The notes: a model not told the origin generated them from the letters alone. Counted from the first letter of the stretch, positions 1-8,567 are shown. The stretch: DNA of 32,000 nt from Erysipelotrichaceae bacterium (GCA_028698185.1 JAQVDW010000019.1:3459-35458), one strand, 5' to 3'. Translations and numbers: made by a program.

Positions 1-406
1 AGAGTTTGGCAACCACGGTACAGACGCCCTGGAAATGGTCCGGTCGCGATTTGCCACACAGGCTGTATTTGAGTCGGGTGATATCGACCAGGCTGCAAAA
101 TCCGGGTGGGTACATCGCATCTGGCTCGGGATGGAAGATCAAATCGACCCCGGCTTCCTGGCAAAGCGAAGAATCGGCTGCGAAATCGCGGGGATATTTG
201 TCAAGATCCTCGTTGGCGCCAAACTGGGTCGGATTGACGAAAATGGAAACGACAGTGATGTCGTTATGGGCGATTGACTCCTGGATCAGGCTTTGATGGC
301 CCTCATGCAAATATCCCATGGTTGGGACGAAGCCGATCGATTTCCCGGCTTTTTGCCACTTTTTGATCTGTTCCTTTGTCTGTTTTACGGTATTAGTTAC
401 TATCAT
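1..406 (-). CDS. panC: Pantoate--beta-alanine ligase (pantothenate synthetase), N-terminal part; continues beyond the window
   Basis: My minus-strand translation from ATG (complement of 404-406) gives MIVTNTVKQTKEQIKKWQKAGKSIGFVPTMGYLHEGHQSLIQES...VSIFVNPTQFG...DKYPRD. This carries the PanC signature (PTMGxLHxGH, FVNPxQF). It overlaps the panB stop by 14 nt. It is absent from the ORF track because no stop lies in the window. Confidence 0.85.
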   Translation of the reverse strand, partial: MIVTNTVKQTKEQIKKWQKAGKSIGFVPTMGYLHEGHQSLIQESIAHNDITVVSIFVNPTQFGANEDLDKYPRDFAADSSLCQEAGVDLIFHPEPDAMYPPGFCSLVDITRLKYSLCGKSRPDHFQGVCTVVAKL

Positions 407-1259
407 TATCTGGCTCCTTTTTTTCGATGATCATTCTAAGCTCTTCGATTATCTCGTCCTTGATGGCGTATTCGTAAGGTGCGCTGGGAAATTCCTGGTT
501 CCTGACATCCTGGCAGTAATTGCCTAAAGCATCCTGGACATCCTGGGCCAGGTTCGCATATTTCTTTACAAATTTGGGCGTATGGTTAAGGTTCAATCCG
601 AGCAGGTCCTGGAATACCAGGACTTGGCCGTCGCAGTCGCTGCCGGCTCCGATTCCGATTGTGGCGACGTCGACAACCTGGGTTATCAGTCCCGCCAGTT
701 TGCTTGGAACACATTCCAGAACGATGGCACACACCCCCGCCGCCTGCAGGGCCAAGGCGTCATTGACAAGGTTCGTTGCCGCCTGGACCTGCTTGCCTTG
801 GACCTTGTACCCGCCCAGGGCGTTGAATGACTGAGGGGTAAGGCCGAGGTGACCGATGACCGGGATCCCGGCATTGACAATCGCCTTCACTTGGGGGCAG
901 ACATTTTTTCCGCCCTCGAGCTTGATCGCATTGCCGTTTGTTTCCTTGATTATCTTGCCGGCATTTTCCAAAGCCTGTTCAGGGGAAATCTGGTACGACA
1001 TGAAAGGCATGTCGATGACCACGAACGCCTCGTGGGCCCCCTTGACCACCGCTTTGCCATGGTGGATCATGTCGCCGATTGTGACTGGCAAGACGTTCTG
1101 GTACCCGAGCATGACATTGCCAAGGGAATCGCCCACAAGTATTACATCGACCCCCGACAGGTCGACCAGCCGGGCGCTTGTATAGTCATAAGCCGTGACC
1201 ATTGTGATTTTCTCGTTCTTGCTTTTGGCTTCGCCAAATAATGATACAGTTTTTTTCAT
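393..1259 (-). CDS. panB: 3-methyl-2-oxobutanoate hydroxymethyltransferase
   Basis: Track ORF 393..1367(-) contains MKKTVSLF...ITMVTAYDYTSARLVD..GVDVILVGDSLGNVMLGY...IDMPFMSY, typical of PanB. I moved the start to the internal ATG at 1259 because AGGAGG (complement of 1264-1269) lies just upstream. Confidence 0.93.
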   Translation of the reverse strand: MKKTVSLFGEAKSKNEKITMVTAYDYTSARLVDLSGVDVILVGDSLGNVMLGYQNVLPVTIGDMIHHGKAVVKGAHEAFVVIDMPFMSYQISPEQALENAGKIIKETNGNAIKLEGGKNVCPQVKAIVNAGIPVIGHLGLTPQSFNALGGYKVQGKQVQAATNLVNDALALQAAGVCAIVLECVPSKLAGLITQVVDVATIGIGAGSDCDGQVLVFQDLLGLNLNHTPKFVKKYANLAQDVQDALGNYCQDVRNQEFPSAPYEYAIKDEIIEELRMIIEKKEPDNDSN

Positions 1260-1544
1260 AAGTCCTCCTAAAATCGTTGTTTTAGAGGCTTTCGCAGAAA
1301 TTGTGGAAAACCGGAATTTAGGCAAACAAAAAAGAATACCTTGATTATATAAGTCATCCGATCTCATTAACTCAGTATTGCGCCCTTGCCGTATTTGGTT
1401 TTAATTTTCCTGATTTTCACGGTATAGTTTCCAACGAATACCATCCACAAACACTTTATCATGAATTCCAGGAATCTGCAATTTAAAATTTGCGTCGATT
1501 TATTCGGTGTTTTTTCTTTGCGGGAGTTGCCTATCGAAAAAAGT

Positions 1545-1558
1545 TATGGTTTTCCATA
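1545..1558 (+). promoter_or_regulatory. Dyad TATGG-N4-CCATA upstream of the metE promoter; candidate LysR-type (MetR/MtaR-like) operator
   Basis: Perfect 5-4-5 inverted repeat TATGGTTTTCCATA about 40 nt upstream of the extended -10. It resembles the AT-rich dyads used by LysR regulators. A LysR gene lies next to metE. Confidence 0.3.
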
Positions 1559-1569
1559 GAAAACCGATA

Positions 1570-1600
1570 TTGGAATGCTCTCAAGTTGATGTGCTATAGT
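1570..1600 (+). promoter_or_regulatory. Candidate metE promoter (extended -10 TGcTATAGT; weak -35 TTGGAA at non-ideal spacing)
   Basis: TGCTATAGT at 1592-1600 and TTGGAA at 1570-1575 (19-nt spacer). It sits 26 nt upstream of the metE ATG, with AAGGAG in between. Confidence 0.35.
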
Positions 1601-1625
1601 CGGGTTGTAAAGGAGAGTACATTAT

Positions 1626-3887
1626 ATGAAAAATGCAACAATCGGTTATCCGCGAATCGGTGAGTTTCGCGAGTTGAAATTTGCGGTTGAAAAATACTTT
1701 AAAGGAGAAAACAGCCAGGAAGACCTCGAGGCGGTGGCCAACGGGCTTAAGGAAAAGCACTGGGCAAGTCAAAAGGGGAAAGTCGACTATATCAGCTCCA
1801 ATGACTTCTCTTTCTATGACAACTTTCTTGATCTGGCAATCCTGTTCAACCTGATCCCCCGCCGTTATCAAGAACTTGATCTTTGTGAACTGGACACCTA
1901 CTTCGCGATGGCCCGGGGCTACCAGTCAGGCGAATGTGATGTCAAGGCTCTGGCGATGAAGAAGTGGTTCGATACGAATTACCACTATCAGGTCATTGAA
2001 ATCGAGGATGACGCAAACATCTGTCTTAGAGGCAGCAAGCCGTTCGATGAGTATCTGGCCGCTCGAAAATCTGGCATTGAAACCAAACCGATGATCATCG
2101 GTCCATTCACCTTGTTCAAGCTGGCCCGATTTACCGGTGAAAAAAGTGTTGATCATTTTGTCGAACAGACAGTCAAGGCCTATGGCGAAATGCTCGAGCG
2201 TTTCGAAACGCTTGGCTGTGTCTGGGTGCAGCTAGACGAGCCCGCCCTGGTAAAAGATCTCGCCGGGGATGACATTGAACTTTTCAAATCGGTCTATGAG
2301 AAATTGCTTGAAAGAAAAGGTTGCCTGAAGATTTTGCTTCAGACGTATTTCGATGACGTGCGTGACTGCTACGACCAAATCCTCGAATTGGACTTCGATG
2401 GCCTGGGTCTTGATTTTGTTGCCGGGTCAAAAAACCGGGAACTTGTGATAAACGGCCCTTATCTTGACAAGACTCTTTTTGCGGGGGTTGTCAACGGCAA
2501 GAATATCTGGAAAAACAATTACAATACCAGCCTAAAACTCCTCAAAGAACTTGAGGCCAACTGCAAGGAGGTTGTCATCTCCACCTCGTGCTCGCTTCTC
2601 CATGTCCCCTATACCCTGGCAAACGAACCTGGTTTGAAAGAAGGATACAAAAGACACTTCGCTTTCGCAAAGGAAAAACTGGACGAGCTTCTGGAACTGA
2701 AGCAACTAAGCGCGAGTGGGGACTTGGGAAATGAGCCTGGTTACAGGAAAAACAAGGAACTTTTTGGCAAAAGGGATTGCGTCAATGAACGGGTCCAGGC
2801 TGAAATGAACAATCTGGCACCTGCGGATTTCCGGCGCGGTGATGACTTTGATTTCCGGGCTCATTGCCAGAAGAAATACTTCAACCTGCCTTTGCTGCCG
2901 ACCACCACAATCGGGTCCTTCCCGCAAACCGGGGAACTCAAAAGGATGCGTTCGCTCTATCGAAAAGGCAAAGTGAAACAGCCTGAGTACGAAGGCTATA
3001 TCCAGGGGCTGATCAGGCAGTGGATTGAAATCCAGGAGGACATCGGTCTGGATGTCCTGGTTCATGGCGAGTTCGAGCGCAATGACATGGTCGAGTACTT
3101 TGGCGCGAACCTTGAAGGTTACCTTTTCAGCTGTAACGGATGGGTGCAGTCGTATGGCACCCGGGCGGTAAAACCGCCAATCATCTGGGGCGATGTCGCC
3201 TGGGTCAGACCCCTGAGTTGCAAGTGGATATCCTATGCCCAGTCACTTAGCGCAAAACCGGTAAAAGGGATGCTTACCGGTCCGGTGACAATGTTGAACT
3301 GGTCATTCCCGCGTGAGGACATCACCAGTAAAGAAATGGCTCTGCAACTGGCGTTGGCAATCAGACAGGAAGTCGATTGCCTGGAGAAGCAAGGCATCAA
3401 GATTATCCAGATCGACGAGGCGGCCTTACGTGAGAAACTGCCGCTTAAAAAGTCACGCTGGCATGATGATTATCTTGATTGGGCTATCGAAGCATTCCGT
3501 CTGTGTCATTCCCGGGTGGCTGCGACGACCCAAATCCACACCCATATGTGCTATAGTGAGTTTGGGGACATCCTTCCTGAAATCGATGCGATGGATGCCG
3601 ATGTGATCACTTTTGAGGCCAGCCGGTCAGACATGGAATTGCTCAAAAAGCTTCGGGAAGAGCAGTTCAAGACGGCCATCGGACCAGGCATCTATGACAT
3701 ACATTCGCCAAGGATTCCCCCGGTAGACGAACTGGCCCTGGCGATAAACAAGATCAAGGAAGAAGTCGGACTTGAAAAGCTGTGGATCAATCCGGATTGC
3801 GGTTTGAAAACCCGGGGCGAAACGGAAACGGTTGCCAGCTTGAAAAACATGGTGCAAACTACCCGGGAGACAAGAAAAAATATGTAA
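1626..3887 (+). CDS. metE: 5-methyltetrahydropteroyltriglutamate--homocysteine S-methyltransferase (cobalamin-independent methionine synthase)
   Basis: 753-aa ORF with the two-domain MetE layout and typical motifs (GYPRIGEFRELK at the N-terminus; TTTIGSFPQT; HTHMCYSEF; WINPDCGLKTR at the C-terminus). AAGGAG SD upstream. Confidence 0.95.
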   Translation: MKNATIGYPRIGEFRELKFAVEKYFKGENSQEDLEAVANGLKEKHWASQKGKVDYISSNDFSFYDNFLDLAILFNLIPRRYQELDLCELDTYFAMARGYQSGECDVKALAMKKWFDTNYHYQVIEIEDDANICLRGSKPFDEYLAARKSGIETKPMIIGPFTLFKLARFTGEKSVDHFVEQTVKAYGEMLERFETLGCVWVQLDEPALVKDLAGDDIELFKSVYEKLLERKGCLKILLQTYFDDVRDCYDQILELDFDGLGLDFVAGSKNRELVINGPYLDKTLFAGVVNGKNIWKNNYNTSLKLLKELEANCKEVVISTSCSLLHVPYTLANEPGLKEGYKRHFAFAKEKLDELLELKQLSASGDLGNEPGYRKNKELFGKRDCVNERVQAEMNNLAPADFRRGDDFDFRAHCQKKYFNLPLLPTTTIGSFPQTGELKRMRSLYRKGKVKQPEYEGYIQGLIRQWIEIQEDIGLDVLVHGEFERNDMVEYFGANLEGYLFSCNGWVQSYGTRAVKPPIIWGDVAWVRPLSCKWISYAQSLSAKPVKGMLTGPVTMLNWSFPREDITSKEMALQLALAIRQEVDCLEKQGIKIIQIDEAALREKLPLKKSRWHDDYLDWAIEAFRLCHSRVAATTQIHTHMCYSEFGDILPEIDAMDADVITFEASRSDMELLKKLREEQFKTAIGPGIYDIHSPRIPPVDELALAINKIKEEVGLEKLWINPDCGLKTRGETETVASLKNMVQTTRETRKNM

Positions 3888-3892
3888 TACAA

Positions 3893-3919
3893 AAACAGGC
3901 CTGGGATTCAGGCTTGTTT
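3893..3919. terminator. Shared hairpin between convergent metE and the LysR gene (possible bidirectional terminator)
   Basis: AAACAGGCCT-gggattc-AGGCTTGTTT forms a 10-bp stem (one G-U) with a 7-nt loop. A T-rich tract follows on the minus-strand reading (TTTTGTATT); the tail on the plus strand is weaker. It overlaps the last codons of the LysR ORF. Confidence 0.45.
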
Positions 3920-4819
3920 CTGGTTCAGGATTTTTTGCAACACATCCAGGTATCTCATGGAAAAATCGGAAAGGATATGGTCGTTCCGGCTGATCCAGCC
4001 GATAACCATATGCTCGCTTGTTTCCAGTTTGATGGCGACAATATCGCTATCTTCAGGGTCGGTGTTCAGGATGCCCGAACAGATTGTGTATCCCTTCAAT
4101 CCGACAACCAGGTCGAAAAGCGTTGCACGGTCGGTGACATAGATGGTCTTCTTGTGCTCGATGTCGCCGATGATCTCCTCGCACAGGTAGAAGGAATTGT
4201 GCTCGCCCTGTTCGAAGGCGAGAAAATGGTAATCCTGCAACTGGGCGAAATTGACGCTCTTTTTGGATGCAAGGGGATGATCACTGGCGACAAAGACATG
4301 GAGACCGGTTTCGAGCAGTTGGTTGAACGTCAGGTTGTTTTCCTTCAGAATTTTAAGCAGATACGGGCTGTTGAACTGGCTCAGGTAAATAACTCCGATC
4401 TCGCTATGCCCCTTTTTTACATCGTCGATGATATGGAGGGTTTCTTGCTCTCGCAGATGATAGCAAAAATCATCCTGCTTGTAGGTGTTTACCGCCTTGA
4501 TGAATGCCTCAATCACGAAGGCGTAGTGCTGGGTGGAAATCGACCAGGATGGACAGGCACCTTCATTAGTCGAAAAGTGGCTTTCAATCAGAGCCGTCTG
4601 CTCAAGGATTATCTGGGCGTGGCTTAGCAGCGTTTGACCCTGAGCTGAAAGGGTCAGTCCCTGGCTGGAGCGGATGAAGATTTTGATTCCAAGCTCCTCC
4701 TCCAGGTCCTTGATGGCTTTGGAAAGAGAAGGTTGGCTGATAAAGAGTTCCTTGGCCGCCTGGGTCATCGACTTGCATGCGACAATTTTGCTCAAATATT
4801 TCATTTGTTTGATGGTCAT
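3908..4819 (-). CDS. LysR family transcriptional regulator
   Basis: 303 aa. The N-terminal wHTH MTIKQMKYLSKIVACKSMTQAAKELFISQPSLSKAIKDLEEELGIKIF is canonical for LysR, followed by a substrate-binding-like C-terminal domain. Confidence 0.9.
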   Translation of the reverse strand: MTIKQMKYLSKIVACKSMTQAAKELFISQPSLSKAIKDLEEELGIKIFIRSSQGLTLSAQGQTLLSHAQIILEQTALIESHFSTNEGACPSWSISTQHYAFVIEAFIKAVNTYKQDDFCYHLREQETLHIIDDVKKGHSEIGVIYLSQFNSPYLLKILKENNLTFNQLLETGLHVFVASDHPLASKKSVNFAQLQDYHFLAFEQGEHNSFYLCEEIIGDIEHKKTIYVTDRATLFDLVVGLKGYTICSGILNTDPEDSDIVAIKLETSEHMVIGWISRNDHILSDFSMRYLDVLQKILNQKQA

Positions 4820-4984
4820 TTGGATTCCTGCCTTTCTTGATAATTATAACAATTGGAGCTGGCTGATGCTTATTGGATATTTCTCGAACCGGGTATAGGC
4901 AAAAATTATATCTCATAACAGATTGATCTCACCGTTATAAAATATTAATGACTTATGTGGGATTGCTTCGTACTAATTATCAGA

Positions 4985-5216
4985 CCATATAGGTGCCTTC
5001 ATCATCCGATCAGGCACCTGGGTGAGAATCTGGTGGTAATCGCCAGATCCGGTGACCGGTGATCGAAACCAGAGCCACAAGCAACCACCTGAATCAGATC
5101 TAAATCCAGTGGCATCCGAAAAACCGTCAATGTCGATCCGGTGATTCGTCCAGCAGCGCCGGCTTTGTAGCCGCAGCCCGGGGAAACGTTTCCCGACAAC
5201 CAATTTAGCTGATTCA
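4985..5216. ncRNA. Unassigned hairpin-dense, comparatively G+C-rich intergenic island (candidate structured RNA or repeat element; strand unresolved)
   Basis: No credible ORF in any frame. Hairpins lie at 4991-5018 (7 bp), 5028-5048 (8 bp), 5156-5177 and 5179-5195 (7 bp). A long-range 14-bp helix pairs 5090-5105 with 5203-5216 (2-nt bulge). GATCCGGTGAT is directly repeated (5046-5055 and 5135-5145). It lies upstream of the aminopeptidase promoter, so it is not that gene's leader. Confidence 0.3.
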
Positions 5217-5279
5217 AAAAAATTCCTGAGATCTGTTTGTGATAAATGTAAAACAACCGGAAATATCGGTCGGATTATT

Positions 5280-5308
5280 TTGAAATCAATATGCGGATAT
5301 GGTACAAT
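5280..5308 (+). promoter_or_regulatory. Sigma-70-type promoter of the aminopeptidase gene
   Basis: TTGAAA (5280-5285), 17-nt spacer, TACAAT (5303-5308) preceded by TGg. About 25 nt upstream of the ATG at 5334. Confidence 0.55.
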
Positions 5309-5333
5309 GGCATCAATAAATGGAGGAAATAAG

Positions 5334-6701
5334 ATGTATAATAAAAATGCATGGGACAAATACCGTTCGAACAATTTCCAGGATGTCATGGATTTCAACG
5401 AGGAGTACAAGGAGTTCATTTCAATCGGGAAAACCGAGCGGATTGTCGTGAAAGAAACAATCAAGATGGCGGCTGCGGCCGGATTCAAACCATTCGGGGA
5501 AATGAAAGAGATCAAGCCCGGGGATAAATTTTATGTGACAAATTTTGACAAGAACATTGCCTTGTTTGTCATGGGGCAAAAGCCGCTGTCTCAAGGGATG
5601 CGGATTTTGGGGGCCCATATCGATTCGCCCCGGATGGATATCAAGCAGAACCCTCTTTATGAAGCCGAAGGTTTCGCATTGCTTGACACCCATTATTATG
5701 GCGGAATCAAGAAGTACCAATGGGTGGCAATTCCTTTGGCGATCCACGGGATTGTGGTCAAAAAAGATGGAACATCAGTGGATATCGTCATCGGCGAAGA
5801 TCAAAGCGACCCGGTTTTAGGAATCACTGACTTGCTGCCTCACCTGGCCCAAGACCAGATGGACAAAAAGGCAGCCCAGCTTATCGAAGGGGAAAAACTT
5901 GACCTGACCTTCGGTTCGATTCCGATGGCCGAAACCCAAAAGGACGCAGTCAAGGCGAATGTCCTTAAGATGCTCCAAGAAAAATACGACATCGACGAGG
6001 AAGATTTCCTTTCGGCGGAAATCGAGGTTGTTCCGGCGGGAAAAGCCCGGGATTACGGATTCGACCGTTCGATGGTCGCTGGATACGGTCATGACGACAG
6101 GGTCTGCGCCTATACTTCGTTGCAGGCAATTTTGAATGTCACTGATCCTGAATACACCTCTTGTTGCATCCTGGTGGACAAGGAAGAGGTCGGTTCGATC
6201 GGAGCGACCGGAGCCCAATCGCTGTTTTTCGAAAACACAGTCGGAGAGATCCTGGAAAAACAGGGCAACACCAACTACCTTGACCTGCGTCGGGCCATGA
6301 GCAATTCGATGATGCTTTCATCGGACGTCTCGGCGGCTCTAGATCCGCTGTATCCGGAAGTGACGGAAAAGAACAATGCCGCGTTCCTGGGTTATGGTGT
6401 GGTCTTCAACAAATACACCGGGGCAAGAGGGAAATCGGGTTCCAACGATGCGGCGCCGGAGTACATGGCAAGAATCCGCAACATCCTCGATGAGGCCAAG
6501 ATCAATTTCCAGACTGCCGAACTAGGCAAAGTCGACCAGGGTGGCGGAGGAACAATCGCCTATATCCTTGGCAACTACAATATGAACGTCATCGATGCCG
6601 GTGTGGCGGTGCTAAACATGCATGCGCCGATGGAAGTCGTTTCCAAAGTCGACGTTTACGAGGCTTACCGAGCATACAAATTATTCTTAGAAAAAGCATA
6701 A
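5334..6701 (+). CDS. M18-family aminopeptidase (aminopeptidase 1-like)
   Basis: The track ORF starts at 5280, but GGAGG (5322-5326) precedes the ATG at 5334 and 5280 lies inside the promoter. The sequence (GAHIDSPRMD, HYYGGIKKYQW, GYGHDDRVC, DKEEVGS, NMHAPME) fits the M18/M42-like zinc aminopeptidase fold. Confidence 0.88.
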   Translation: MYNKNAWDKYRSNNFQDVMDFNEEYKEFISIGKTERIVVKETIKMAAAAGFKPFGEMKEIKPGDKFYVTNFDKNIALFVMGQKPLSQGMRILGAHIDSPRMDIKQNPLYEAEGFALLDTHYYGGIKKYQWVAIPLAIHGIVVKKDGTSVDIVIGEDQSDPVLGITDLLPHLAQDQMDKKAAQLIEGEKLDLTFGSIPMAETQKDAVKANVLKMLQEKYDIDEEDFLSAEIEVVPAGKARDYGFDRSMVAGYGHDDRVCAYTSLQAILNVTDPEYTSCCILVDKEEVGSIGATGAQSLFFENTVGEILEKQGNTNYLDLRRAMSNSMMLSSDVSAALDPLYPEVTEKNNAAFLGYGVVFNKYTGARGKSGSNDAAPEYMARIRNILDEAKINFQTAELGKVDQGGGGTIAYILGNYNMNVIDAGVAVLNMHAPMEVVSKVDVYEAYRAYKLFLEKA

Positions 6702-6706
6702 ATGAT

Positions 6707-6737
6707 AAGACCGCTGATGCGGTCTTTTATTTTTATT
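6707..6737 (+). terminator. Rho-independent terminator after the aminopeptidase gene
   Basis: AAGACCGC-tgat-GCGGTCTT stem-loop followed by TTATTTTTATT. Confidence 0.8.
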
Positions 6738-6797
6738 CGAAAAAATCCGGCCGATAATTTTGATTTTCAGTAAATTGAAAATATTTGATTTATTTTA

Positions 6798-6826
6798 TTG
6801 ACAAATTTATGCGCTTGCAGTAAAGT
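6798..6826 (+). promoter_or_regulatory. Promoter of the trp operon leader
   Basis: TTGACA (6798-6803), 17-nt spacer, TAAAGT (6821-6826). Confidence 0.6.
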
Positions 6827-6832
6827 TGTCTT

Positions 6833-7090
6833 AGAACAAACCGATGACGTGGAGATAAAAATAATTGTCGCCCTTACAAGAGAGCCTGGATGGTGGAAAC
6901 AGGCGGGTAGCGGATTATTAAATGGACCATTGAGGGCGTTGATGAAAAGTGATGAGTAGTCGACGACGGCTGACCCCGTAATAGGTCGGTGATGTGATAG
7001 CATCATAAGTGCATGGCAACATGAAGCAAGGTGGCACCGCGGTTGATAATCGTCCTTGGCAGAGCTTTTTTCTGTCGAGGATTTTTTTAT
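6833..7090 (+). promoter_or_regulatory. T-box riboswitch leader, tryptophan-specific (specifier UGG)
   Basis: Stem I elements AGAGAG and GGTGGAAA. TGG followed by A (6923-6926) sits in the predicted specifier loop just 5' of the lower-stem strand AGGGCG, which pairs with CGCCCT. T-box motif AAGGTGGCACCGCGG at 7028-7042. Terminator TCCTTGGCAGA...TCTGTCGAGGA (7053-7082) plus T7 run. Directly upstream of trpE. Confidence 0.85.
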
Positions 7091-7100
7091 ACAAGGAGAA

Positions 7101-8567
7101 ATGAAGATGATAAGCCCAAGATTGCATGAAATTAAGAAGTTAGATTTGAAGAATTACGATTTGGTTCCGATTAAAAAGGAGATGTACAGCGATTTTACGA
7201 CTCCCATCGAAGTTATGCGGATCCTCAAGAGTGTTTCGGTGCATTGTTTCCTGCTTGAAAGCAATACCGATACGAAAAACTGGGGGCGCTACTCGTTTCT
7301 AGGATTCAATCCGAAAATGGAGATCACCGCGCTGGACAAGTCAGTAAAATGCAACGGTATCGTCCAGCAAGGATATGACGTCCACAGCTACATCCGCGAA
7401 CTTCTTCATCGCAACCGCTCTTATACGTTCAAGGATTTCCCGACTTTCACCGGCGGCCTGGTTGGTTATTTCGCTTACGATTATTTCAGCTATTATGAAA
7501 AAAACCTCGTGCTGACCAAGACCGGGGCAGAAGGCTTCAACGATGTCGACCTGATGCTTTTCGATGAGGTCATCGTTTTCGATAACTACAAGAACAAGAT
7601 CATCATCATCGGCAATGTGAAGGTGGCGGATCTTGAACATTCGTATCACCGGGTGGTCAAAAACATCAATGCGATCGAGGATCTGGTCCGCTCGAACAAG
7701 AAAGCTAAGATTCCCAACCTGCAGGTCAAATCGGCATTCAAACCGGTTTTCAAACAGAACGAATACTGCGACATGGTCAAAAAGGCGAAACATTACATTG
7801 CCGAGGGTGATATCTTCCAGGTTGTTCTTGCCAATCAGCTCAAGGCGCAGGCTACCGGTTCCCTTTTCGATACGTACCGGGTGCTAAGGACAACCAACCC
7901 GTCGCCATACATGTTCTATTTCGGTTCGGCGTCGCTTGAACTTGCGGGAGCATCGCCAGAAACCCTGGTCAAGCTCGAAAACGGACAGATTTCGACCTTT
8001 CCATTGGCGGGAACGAGACCTCGCGGCAAGGATGAAGCCGAAGATGCCAGACTGGAAGAAAGCCTGAAAAACGACGAGAAGGAACTGGCGGAACACAACA
8101 TGCTTGTGGATTTGGGCCGCAACGACCTTGGGAAGATCGCCAAGTTCAATACCGTGCGCCTGTACCATTATCTTGAAGTGATCAAGTTCTCGCATGTAAT
8201 GCATCTTGGTTCTACGGTCCTGGCCAATATCGATGAAAAATATGATGCCCTGGATGCCATCCAGGCAGTATTGCCGGCGGGTACCCTTTCCGGGGCACCA
8301 AAATTCCGGGCCGCCCAGATCATCGACGAACTGGAAAAAACAAGACGCGGAGTCTACGGCGGGGCGATTGGCTACATTGATTTCACTGGCAATATGGATA
8401 TGTGCATCTCGATCCGTCTGGCCTACAAGCAAAACAACGATCTTTATGTCTGCTCGGGAGCGGGAATCGTCTATGACTCGGTTCCGGAAAACGAATACCA
8501 GGAGTGCATCAACAAGGCTAAGGCTGTCATCAATGCGATCGAGACAGCTCAGGGAGGTTTAGAATGA
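7101..8567 (+). CDS. trpE: Anthranilate synthase component I
   Basis: Start moved to the ATG at 7101 (AAGGAG at 7093-7098), because the track start 7056 lies inside the T-box terminator. TrpE motifs: LLES, FQVVLANQ, NPSPYMFY, GAIGYIDF. Confidence 0.95.
   Translation: MKMISPRLHEIKKLDLKNYDLVPIKKEMYSDFTTPIEVMRILKSVSVHCFLLESNTDTKNWGRYSFLGFNPKMEITALDKSVKCNGIVQQGYDVHSYIRELLHRNRSYTFKDFPTFTGGLVGYFAYDYFSYYEKNLVLTKTGAEGFNDVDLMLFDEVIVFDNYKNKIIIIGNVKVADLEHSYHRVVKNINAIEDLVRSNKKAKIPNLQVKSAFKPVFKQNEYCDMVKKAKHYIAEGDIFQVVLANQLKAQATGSLFDTYRVLRTTNPSPYMFYFGSASLELAGASPETLVKLENGQISTFPLAGTRPRGKDEAEDARLEESLKNDEKELAEHNMLVDLGRNDLGKIAKFNTVRLYHYLEVIKFSHVMHLGSTVLANIDEKYDALDAIQAVLPAGTLSGAPKFRAAQIIDELEKTRRGVYGGAIGYIDFTGNMDMCISIRLAYKQNNDLYVCSGAGIVYDSVPENEYQECINKAKAVINAIETAQGGLE

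Noticed and set aside
1440-1452. DnaA-box-like strings (CCATCCACA near 1443; TTATCCAAA near 20405)
   Set aside because: These are single, imperfect, isolated matches with no cluster or AT-rich unwinding element. There is no dnaA/dnaN context.
3782-4627. Long antisense shadow ORFs: 3782..4627(+), 7884..8432(-), 10948..11601(-), 12614..13141(-), 16934..17491(-), 18143..18760(-), 21677..22273(-), 22573..23091(-), 29733..30305(-)
   Set aside because: Each lies fully inside a confidently identified gene on the opposite strand (LysR, trpE, trpF-B, trpB/A, murG, murB, ftsZ, proC, ABC ATPase). They have biased, unrecognisable sequence and lack an SD.
4985-5216. Cobalamin-riboswitch-like fragments (GGGTGAGAATC at 5020-5030 on the plus strand; GCCACTG, the complement of 5108-5114, on the minus strand) and a T-box-like TGGTGGTAATCGCC
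   Set aside because: The two B12-like motifs lie on opposite strands. The AGGGAA..CCC-GC-ACTGT core is missing on either strand. The T-box-like string lacks Stem I features and a terminator. Not callable as a known riboswitch.
4985-5240. Apparent clustering of GATC sites (six in about 250 nt), suggesting Dam/SeqA-type regulation
   Set aside because: GATC is abundant throughout the window, including within coding regions, so the local density does not stand out without a proper count.
4973-5515. 180-aa minus-strand ORF (and the 84-aa ORF at 5002..5256) spanning the LysR/aminopeptidase spacer
   Set aside because: It runs antisense through the aminopeptidase promoter, SD and 5' coding region. 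The sequence is low-complexity and not protein-like, and there is no SD. It is treated as a chance ORF over the structured island.
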